Position numbers and translations under genes: made by a program
Notes under the pieces: model-generated
The model's database searches: none
What the model was told of the DNA's origin: nothing
Seen by the model: the letters and a program-made list of their open reading frames with translations, nothing else
Shown: piece after piece, positions 54,273 through 64,000 of the stretch
Numbering within the stretch: position 1 is the stretch's first letter
Layout of the letters: each line of letters begins with the position of its first letter
Origin: the human T2T-CHM13v2.0 reference genome, Homo sapiens
Strand: one strand, 5' to 3'
Assembly (NCBI RefSeq): GCF_009914755.1
Contig: NC_060945.1
Length of the DNA stretch: 64,000 nucleotides

Positions 54273-57200
54273 GAGTGCGCGAGGCGCGGGGAGCCTAGGA
54301 CCTGGAGCGAGAGCCGCCTACCTGCAGCCGCCGCCCACGGCACGGCAGCCATCATGGCGTTCCTGCTGCGCTTCGTGCTCCTGTGCGGAGTCGCGGATTT
54401 CACCAGAAGTTTGAGTATCACTACTCCTGAGCAGATGATTGAAAAAGCCAAAGGGGAAACTACCTATCTGCCATGCAAATTATGCTTAGTCCTGAAGACC
54501 AGGGACCACTGGACATTGAGTGGCTGATATCACCAGCTGATAATCAGAAGATGGATCAAGTGATGATTTTATATTCTGGAAACAAAATTTATGATGATTA
54601 CTATCCAGAACTGAAAGGCCGAGTACATTTTAAGAGAAATGATCTCAAATCTGGTGATGCTTCAATAAATGTAACGAATTTACAGCTGTCAGATATTGGC
54701 ACAGATCAGTGCAAAGTGAAAAAAGCTCCTGGTGTTGCAAATAAGATTCAGCTGGTAGTTCTTGTTAAGCCTTCAGGTACAAGATGTTATGTTGATGGAT
54801 CAGAAGAAATTGGAAGTGACTTTAAACTAAAATGTGAACCAAAAGAAGGTTCACTTCCATTACAGTATGAGTGGCAAAAATTGTCTGACTCACAGAAAAT
54901 GCCCACTTCATGGTTAGCAGAAATGACTTCATCTGTTATATCTGTAAAAAAAATGCTTCTTCTGAGTACTCTGGGACATACAGCTGTACATCAGAAACGG
55001 AGTGGGCTCTGATCAGTGCCTGTTGCGTGTAAACGTTGTCCCTCCTTCAAATAAAGCTGGACTAATTGCAGGAGCCATTATAGGAACTTTGCTTGCTCTA
55101 GTGCTCATTGGTCTTATCATCTTTTGCTGTCGTAAAAAGCGCAGAGAAGAAAAATACGAAAAGTAAGTTCATCACGATATCAGGGAAGATGTGCCGCCTC
55201 CAAAGAGCCGTACATCCGCTGCCAGAAGCTGCATAGGCAGTAATCATTCATCCCTGGGATCCATGTCTCCTTCCAACATGGAAGGATATTCCAAGACTCA
55301 GTATAAACAAGTACCGAGGGAAGACTTTGAACGCACTCCTCAGAGTCCGACTCTCCCACCTGCTAAGGTAGCTGCCCCTAATCTAAGTCGAATGGGCGTG
55401 ATTCCTGTGATGATTCCCGCACAGAGCAAGGATGGGTCTATAGTATAGAGCCTCCATACGTCTCATCTGTGCTCTCCGTGTTCCTTTCCTTTTTTGATAT
55501 ATGAAAACCTATTCTGGTCTAAATTTTGTTACTAGCCTCAAAATGTATCCAAAAATAAGTTAATCAGGAGCTGTAAGGAATATATTTTTTTAAATTTTTC
55601 TTTGGTTATATCGAAATAGTTACAGGCATTAAAGTTAGTAAAGACAAGTTTACCATCTGAAAAAGCTGGATTTTCTTTAAGAGGTTGATTATAAAGGTTT
55701 CTAAATTTATCAGTACCTAAGTAAGATGTAGCACTTTGAATATGAAATCATAAGTGAAGACATTGGTGAACTTACTTGCATACCAAGTTGATACTTGAGT
55801 AACCATCTGAAAGTGGTACTTGATAATTTTTACCGTTATTTTTAGGATGTGTATCTCATTTATTTATGGCCCACTAGTCTCCCCCAAATTAGTACAGAAA
55901 CATCCATGACAAAATTACACATGTGTGTTTGTACTTGTTTTCACAGCTCCTTGGAAAACTCTGTGTTAGGAATATCTCTAAAAACATAGAAAACTCTACA
56001 GTGGTTTAGAAATTACTAATTTTACTTCTAAGTCATTCATAAACCTTGTCTATGAAATGATTTCTTAAATATTTAGTTGATAGACTGCTACAGGTAATAG
56101 GGACTTAGCAAGCTCTTTTATATGCTAAAGGAGCATCTATCAGATTAAGTTAGAACATTTGCTGTCAGCCACATATTGAGATGACACTAGGTGCAATAGC
56201 AGGGATAGATTTTGTTGGTGAGTGGTCTCATGCCTTGAGATCTGTGGTGGTCTTTAAAATGGTGGCCAGCCAGATCAAGGATGTAGTATCTCATAGTTCT
56301 GGACTAAATACTGGCTTTCCACTTTAGGTGATATTTTTCTTATTAGAAAAATATTATAACTCATTTATTGTTTGACAGTTATAGATTGAAATTTCCTAAT
56401 TCTAAATTTTAAGTGGTTCTTCAGTTTCAGTGCTTTATGTTGTTTGTTGTTGGTTTGGCATGGCATTACATATTATATGTTCTAGAAACATGTAATCCTA
56501 AATTTACCCTCTTGAATATGATCCCTAGATGATATTTTTATCATAAATGCAGAATAATCAAATATATTTTAAGCAAGTAAGTGTCCTCCATCAATTCTGT
56601 ATTCCAGACGTGGGAGGATGTACAGTTGCTGTTGTGTGATCAAGCATGTCTCTGTGTAGTTCCAGCAAATCAAGCTGAGCTTTGAAAAAGTTTGAGTCTT
56701 AGTTTTGTGAAAGTGGTTTATTCTCAAAAAAAAAAAAAAGAAAAAGAAAAAGAAAAAAGATAAGAAGAAGGAGTAAAGGGACTACTCCTCCTTGCCAAAT
56801 GTGCTAAATATCATTTTAGGAGAAGAAAGTGGATTTATTGTATTTCCCTTAAGATTGTGAGGGAGTGTGGATACAGTAGAACGAGCCAACAGTTTCTTTA
56901 TAATAAATACGGTCTGCAATAAATTATTTCACTAGCTGTAAAACCTTTCCCTAGATTTTAGTAGGGAGTTGGTTTCTGTTAATATCTTTGGTGCTGTGGT
57001 GGTAAATGCTACATTATAAACAGTGGCATGTATTTACAGTTAGAGTATTGTGTGTACACTTTTTAATGGTAAACTTAAGCTGAATGTGTAATGGATTTGT
57101 CTATAGTTTTACATATTTGGAAGCATTTTAAAATAGGTTTTAATCTTACATAAAATTACTTTTATACTTGTGTTAACATTTTCTTCTGTGCCTTTTGGGT

Positions 57201-57544
57201 AATTTAATTTCTGTTATGAATTTCTGGTGCCTATGAGCTAGCTATCACCTACCTGAAAGGTGCTTAGAGGTGAAGGTACTGTTTCTAAAAACACATCACT
57301 GTGACACCTTTCTATCCTCACATTTTCAAGCTTGCCTCTTTTCTGTTCTTTGTGGATATAACGTAAGTGATTGTGTTATTCATAAAGATTTAGAAATTTC
57401 AATATTCCCAACACTCTGACTATGTTTCTGATTTTATAATAGTAGCCATTTTTGAATGTCAGATGTTTGGCCTGTTTTATATGAATAAAGTTTATTTATA
57501 AAATATTATAAAAATAAGTAAACAGAACATTAATAATAAAAAAA
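54273..57544 (+). pseudogene. CXADRP1: Full-length CXADR (coxsackie/adenovirus receptor) processed pseudogene, exon-7 (SIV) isoform
   Basis: 5'UTR, ATG at 54354 ([42 protein letters not shown]), intronless Ig/TM/tail ending QSKDGSIV* at 55448; frameshifts near 54480, 54950 and 54990; TAA at 55164; AATAAA at 57484; TSD aagattttctctatctt (54256-54272) / aagattttctgtatctt (57543-57559). Confidence 0.92.
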
Positions 57545-57769
57545 GATTTTCTGTATCTTAAGATTATATTTTCAGAAAACAGAAACAATCTTACCTCTTC
57601 CTTCCCTATATGGATTTCTTTTATTTCTTTGTCTTGTGTAATTGATCTGGCTAGGCAATTACACATAATGTTTTCAGCATTTGTAATTTTACATCAAATC
57701 CATCCATTGTAACACATTGATTGCTACTTTTCAACTTGTAAACCTGGACATTTGTCACTACTCTTCCTC

Positions 57770-60290
57770 CAGTACAGGAGTCCATGGCGCGGTGTGGGCC
57801 CTGCTGTGCCACAGTCCAGGGCACGGCTGGGCGCAGGTTCTCTCCTGCAAGAGTCCGCGGCTCTGCAGAGCAAGAGTTCTCCAGTGCCTTAGTCCAGGGT
57901 GAGGCAGGGGTGAGGCTCCTTCAGTAGCTCAGTCCAGGACGCAGCCCTGCGAGGGTCCTCCTGTGCAGGAGTACACGATGCTGCGGGGTCCTACTGTGCC
58001 TTAGTCCAGGACGCCAGGGGGCTGGGTCCTCTGCTGCCATAGTCCAGGGCGCGAGGGGCTGGGTCCTCTGGTGCCATAGTCCATGACGCAGGGAGGCTGG
58101 GTCCTCTGGTGCCATAGTCCAGGATGCGAGGGGCTGGGTCCTCTGCTGCCATAGTCCAGGGCCCGAGGGGGCTGGGTCCTCTGGTGCCTTAGTCCATGAC
58201 GCAGGGAGGCTGGGTCCTCTGCTGCCATAGTCCAGGATGCGAGGGGCTGGGTCCTCTGCTGCCATAGTCCAGGGCGCGAGGGGCTGGGTCCTCTGGTGCC
58301 ATAGTCCATGACGCAGGGAGGCTGGGTCCTCTGGTGCCATAGTCCAGGATGCGAGGGGCTGGGTCCTCTGGCGCCATAGTCCAAGACGCCAGGGGGCTGG
58401 GTCCTCTGGTGCCTTAGTCCCGGTCGCGGGGAGCTGGGTCCTCTGGTGCCATAGTCCAGGGTGCGGTGGAACAGGAGTCCTGCGGAGCAGTAGTCCAGGG
58501 CGCGCTGGGGCGTGGATCCTCAGGTGCCACAGTCCAGAGCGCGACAGGGCGGGATTCCTGCCTTGCTATATCCAAGGTGCAGCGGGGCGGGGGTTCTCTT
58601 GTTCAGGAGTCCAGGACGTGGCAGAGCCGGAGTCCTCCGTGTAGGAGTCCTCCGGTGCTGGAGTCCAGAGCACAGTGAGGCTGGGTCCTCCCGTGCCATA
58701 GTGTAGGGCATGGCGGGACAGGGATCCTGCCCTGCGATAGTCCAGTGCTTGAGTCCGCAGTAAGGCAATGGTCCTCCAATGCTGGAGTTCACGGCGTTGT
58801 GGGGTCGGGGTCCTTTGGTGACTTAGTCCAGGGCGTACCAGGGCGGGGGTCCACAGTTGCCATAGTGAGGATCTTGGAGGAAGGTGGTTCCTGCCTTGCT
58901 GTAGTCCGGGGAGCAGGGGGCAGGGGTCCTCTCTTGTCAGAGTCTCTGGCGCGGGGTGGGGGTGGAGGTGGGGGTTTTCCTATGCGATAGCCCACGGGTC
59001 GGTGAAGCCGGGTCCTCCCGTGCCTTTGTCCAGGGCGCAGGGGGGCGAGGGTCTTCGGTGGTGGAGTCCGCGGAGCGGCAGGACGGGGGTCCTCCAGTGC
59101 CATATTCCAGGGCGCGGCGGAGTGGGGGACCTGTCCTGCAGTGGTCCAGGGCATGTGGGAGTGGTGGTCCTGCTGTGCCTCAGTCCAGTGCGCGGTGGGA
59201 CGGCGGTCCTGCTGTGCTGTAGTGCAGGACGCGGTGGCGCAGGGGTAGTCCAGAGAGCGCCGTGGCAGGGGGTCCTCCAGTGCTGGAATCCAGTGCAAGG
59301 CGGGTCAGGGGTCTTACCGTGCCGAAGTCGGTGGCAAGGGTCCTCCCGTGCCATAGTCTAGGGGGCGACGGGGCAGGTTTCTCTAGTGCAGGTGTCCAGG
59401 GTGTGGCAGGGCAGGAGTCCTCTTGTGCAGGAGTCCAGGACGTAGCCGAGGAGTCCTCCAATGTCAGAGTCCAGGGCTCTGCGGGGCCGGGTTCCCCCAT
59501 GCCAGAGTGTAGGGCGCGTTCAGGTGAGGGTCTTGGCGTGCAGTAATCCAGGGTGCGGTGGGGCAGGGGTAGTCCAGACCTCCATGGCGGGCGTCCCTCT
59601 GTGCAGGAGCCCAGTGCCTGGCGGATCGGGGGTCCTTCTGTGCTGTAGTCCAGGGCACCGCAAGGTGTGGGTCCTCTGGTGCCCTAGTCCAGGGGGCGGC
59701 GAGTCAGAGGTTCTCCCGTGTCTCAGTCTAGGGCCTGGTAGGACTGGGGTCCTGGAGTCCACGTGGTAGCCCAAGTTGCCGCAGGACCAGGTACTCTGGA
59801 ACCACAGTCCAGGGCGCTGAGGGGCAGGAGTAGTTCAGGGCGAGCCGGGGCCCAGGTCCTCGGGAGCCAGAGTCCAGGGTGTGGAGGGGTGGGGGTTCTG
59901 CAGTGGCACAGTCCAGGACACCGCGGGGCGGGACAGGGCGGGGATCCTCCCGTGCCTTAGTCCAGGGCTGAGCCGCGGGAGAGGTCCTTCAGTAGCACAG
60001 TCTAGCGCACGGCGTTGCAGGTGTCCTCCAGTGCCTGAGGCCACGGCAGGTCGCGGGTCCCACTGTGCTCTAGTTCAGGGCGGAGTGGGTCTGAGGTCTT
60101 CTCCTGCCTCAGTCTAGGGCGCTGGAGAGCGGGGATCCTCTGGTACCGGAGTCAATGGATCCACGGGTCCGGGTCCTCCCATGTTTTAGCCCCGGGAGGG
60201 GAGAGGCGGGGGTCTTCCTTTGCCCTAGTCCAAGGCATTGTGAGGCCCCGCTCCTGCATTCTTAACTGTCTGTGCCTCTGCCGCCGCGGG
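57770..60290. repeat. GC/CpG-rich 37-38-bp minisatellite; homogeneous core at 58003-58452
   Basis: Unit agtccagggcgcgaggggctgggtcctctggtgccat; 12 near-perfect copies, then degenerate agtcc...gtcct units to ~60240. Confidence 0.92.
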
Positions 60291-61389
60291 GTAAAACTGC
60301 ACCATCTCAGGCAAGCCTAACAGAGCAGCTGTCCTTAAAAGATTCCCAGTTGAGTGTGGTTCGGAGCAGGCCTGAGAAGTGTGCCCTTAGTTGGCTTCAA
60401 GGGCTCTGGGCAGTGTTTAAGGAATCCAGCTGACCTCAGTTACTCCAAGCCCTTTTCCACTTGTTTTCTTCAGGCCTCCTTTCTTTGTGCCAGCATCAAT
60501 GGGTTTTTGGTTAAAGTTTTCAGCAGCTGCCTGCAGTTCCATTTTTCTTACCAGGTAAGAGACATAGCTTCATGAAAACAAAGGGAGAAGGCTTGTGACC
60601 AGAGAACTCCCAGTCCTCTCCCTGCATAGGAAAACTGGACTTCTCCGGAGGGCTCCAGCTCCTGGGCAAATCTCTAGGGCCACTTAATTGGGCTGTCCCC
60701 CACCTTTGTTTCTGGTTTTGGAGGGGCCAAGGTTGGGAATCCTTTCTAAGTCTCTACACATGGAGCCCTTCTTTGGTGGGATAGTCTTGACATATACCAG
60801 GATTCTCATTGACCTTTCAGAGCCTTCAAGAATCCTGAGCTGCTTTGGCTTCTGTTCCTGGAAGAGACGCAACTGAACTGCTCTGGAGCTGGAGTTCAGG
60901 TTCAAATATTCATCACTGTTACTAAGCCTTTACATAGCATGTGATTTCTTTCCGGCAGGCTCATGGTCACTTAGGTTTGCTTGTATGTAGATGGAGGGTC
61001 TGCATCCTCATTCAGGTAACACCCTCAGCCTTTCATGCTGAGATTAGCCATTTTATTTGTAACTCACTGTACAATCCATTTGCTCTTCCAGTGTCCCTTA
61101 GAAGGATGCAGAGTGTTCTGTAGAATGCCATAGAGACCTGGATTTAGGGAAAATATTTGACCAAAAGTCTGCCAACTCACATGAGTATCTCCCAACAACT
61201 TGTACAGTGCTAGTCTCTGGGTATATAGCAAATGAAACCGTGCCTGAGCAGATGTTACAAACACCCTCCCCTGAGAGACTCCAGGGCTGCTTTATTCAAG
61301 CAAAACGGTGTGCTCTAATAAGCTCAGTGTTGAGAGGAACAAGTTTTCATTCCAGCTTTCTCAAAAACTCCCTTTGTGACTTTAGACAT

Positions 61390-61720
61390 AATAATAATAA
61401 CACTACCTAGGTAGTGAACACCTCTGCCAAGAAATATCATGATCATTACCTGAGTTGTAATTCTCACAGTAGTCCTGCAGGACAGCTGCTGTTACTGCTT
61501 ATTATGCAGATGGGCAACCTGAGGCTCAGATGGAGTTAAGTGGCTTAATTGGTAGCAACAGAGCCAGGATTTGAACCCAGGGCTGCCTGATCACCAAATA
61601 AAATTGTACTCAACATGATGCACTTAACTTTTCTGGCCTCATTTCTCTCACCTGTAAAAATGCAGGTTTCAGATGTTGGTAATATTTTACCTGTGGTTGA
61701 AAGAGTTACCAGCCCTTCCT
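61390..61720. mobile_element. MIR fragments
   Basis: cagatgggcaacctgaggctcagatggagttaag...ggatttgaacccagg; ggcctcatttctctcacctgtaaaaatg. Confidence 0.65.
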
Positions 61721-63369
61721 TGATCACCCATGGTAAGACCCATGAGCCTCTGAATATAATTATAGAAAACATTTGGAGAGGGATAGAGAGAGACAAGATC
61801 ATGCCTCCTTTGATAATGTCAAATTTTCAGTGCACGAAGCCATACATAGTGCAGTTTTCTAGCTTCCCTTTCACACATGGCATTGAAGAAAGTAAATTAA
61901 GCAACTCAGCTAACACTGGGAATGCAGCAGAAGTAATCGAGTTCAGTGCTGGGAGACAGTTGCCATGATATTCCAACATGGACACCAGGATCACAGTCGA
62001 TGACTATGCCCTCCCTTGAAGATGGTGGCTTGCCTCTCTTTCTGTAAGCACATGTCATGTCATAACAATATTAAACAATTGAAAGTAATGTCCCCATCTT
62101 CTTCTACACTGCCTTTGAATTATTATTTTAGATCTGCCAAAATAAATTGCAAACTCATTAACAAGAAAGGGGGGGTGCATGCATCCCTGCCTTCCCGAGT
62201 AGTCTATTCACCCAAAGACAAAAGGGTGACCAGCCTCCATCTGGGATATTCAAAGACACAGTCACCTTGCCATGCAGCCTGAGGCCAATCCCCTTTTTAA
62301 GAAGCTTGTTAGATGAGCTCCTTAAACATACAACCACAAAGGAAAAGCACAGCTGGTGTGAGCGAGGCTGATAAAATGGGCATTTTGTCTGCTTCAAGGT
62401 TAGAATGCAACTTGTCTATCAAAATGTGGTTATCTGACCTCCACAATGCTGCAGTCCAGCTAAATCATGCAAATATTCATCCACCATTTACTATGGATAA
62501 AACAATAATGTGCTGTGGGGAATCCAATTACACACACACACACAAAAGTGCACACACACATGCATGCACACACACTGCTCCTGCTGTCTCAGAGGTTCCA
62601 GGCTGGCAAGGAAGAAGTGCAAACATTAGTAGGTAAGTCCACTAGCAGGAGGAATGTGATAAGTAGATCCAACAGGGTACAACACAGTATGATAGAAGCA
62701 AACAAGGTAGAAATGAGTTCTGACTTCCTTTCACTTATGAAACTGATTATGGAATAGTGTATGAAAGGCTTGCCTGAATGAATCTCATATTTTCCAAGTG
62801 TTTTCTATCCCAGCGATTGGAACTTTCATTCATTTATACCATTGTCCAAAAGGAAAATACAGGAGATTTTCCTAAGACCATCCTCTGTCTTATCGCTCAT
62901 ATCATATCCCCAAACATCACCAAGCCCTGCCCACTTTTACCTACTCAGTTTCTCTCCAGTTGTTCTGTTTTCTCCATATGCACTAGTGGTACCTTGGCTA
63001 CATGAAGACCACCAGCAGCAGCTGGGACAACCAGCACCCTGTGGAACTGCACAGCATGCATAGAATACGTCCTCCCTTCAGTTGGCTTGGGTCAGCTTAG
63101 GTCATGGGCCACTTGGACTGATAGCAGTTTCCACAGAAATGCCTCAAGATGGTAGAATAATCCAGATCTCTTTGCATGGGGCATGGTGTGGCTATCTGAG
63201 AAAATCCTGGCTTTTATAGGAAGGAGAAAGAAGAATGCTTCTTGAGGGGAAGAAACCAACAGGAATGTGCCTCAGGGAAATGTCACCAGAGGAGAGTGAG
63301 CTGTAATAAGTATTTTGGCAGATTGCATGTTTCTTGTGTTCCTTGGCCCTGCACAGAGCTACCGTTTAC

Positions 63370-63660
63370 TCATTTGACAAATATTTGAGTAGTAGACTCC
63401 AGGGTTCAATAGTGAGCAAACATGCACAGAATTTCTTCTCTAGTGGAGCTGAGAGTCTAACAGAAAGAGCTGACATTAGTCACAGAATTATGTAATAAGG
63501 GAAAGTTCAGCAGACCCAGGGGTGCTACAAGAGCCTGGGAAGGCGGACTGACCCCAAGAGGGAGGCAGGAAAGGTTGCCCCCAGGAAGTAGCACTTGAGC
63601 TACAATCAGGGAGAAAACTAGGCAAAGACACAGCATTCAGGAGAAGGTAGAAGCTGGCCC
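63370..63660. mobile_element. L2 fragment
   Basis: ctcatttgacaaatatttgagt terminus followed by L2-like body. Confidence 0.45.
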
Positions 63661-64000
63661 ATGAGGATGGTGGTGTGGAGAGGTGAACCAATACCCAGGT
63701 CTTGGATTTATTGTTGAGCTGCTGAATTAACCAGTGCTGGCTCTCTCCCAACCTCTGCACTTCTTTTTTGCAAGGTTATATATTTTTTTATTTAAAAGCT
63801 AGTATGAGTTGGGATCTGTTGCTTTTCTGAGACCCCATCCTGTGAGGTAAACAGGGGGCCTCACTGTACTCTGGGGAAGCTAAAGATGGAGAACAGTTTT
63901 AGAGTGCCTGGAGAAGAGGCCCTTTAATAGATCATTTAAGAAGAGGGTGCTACCGCTAGACTGCCCAGATTCACTTTCTGGCTTTGTGACCTTGGGCTCT

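Noticed and set aside
58003-58452. CRISPR-like regular ~37-bp periodicity
   Set aside because: Head-to-tail tandem units with no unique spacers, eukaryotic context, no cas genes
57770-60290. Identity with the MSR1 37-bp minisatellite
   Set aside because: Shares unit length and agtccagg, but the rest of the unit differs from the MSR1 consensus as I recall it

Overview
Human (primate) genomic DNA, AT-rich and repeat-dense, with two GC/CpG-rich islands. The left third holds the last six coding exons of a + strand POTE-family gene. Its exon peptides and C-terminus (...[18 protein letters not shown]) match POTED as I recall it. The neighbours (MIR3118 hairpin, GRAMD4 retrocopy, CXADR retrocopy) fit the pericentromeric POTED locus at 21q11.2; this placement is from recall, and near-identical paralogous blocks exist elsewhere. 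Downstream of the gene lie: a rearranged old L1 carrying the miR-3118 hairpin; a 5'-inverted L1; a six-unit ~640-bp tandem array in which every unit carries a ~105-bp inverted repeat; a relic ANKRD18/20A/26-type exon; a minus-strand GRAMD4 processed pseudogene split by an inverted L1; a full-length CXADR processed pseudogene with TSDs; and a 2.5-kb GC-rich 37-38-bp minisatellite with a trimeric higher-order core. I see no credible new protein-coding system. The most unusual items are the palindrome-containing 640-bp array, the templated inversions that created the L1-antisense miR-3118 hairpin, a small NOP58-like retrocopy inside a POTED intron, and the higher-order minisatellite. Repeat subfamily names and boundaries are approximate and were assigned by eye.
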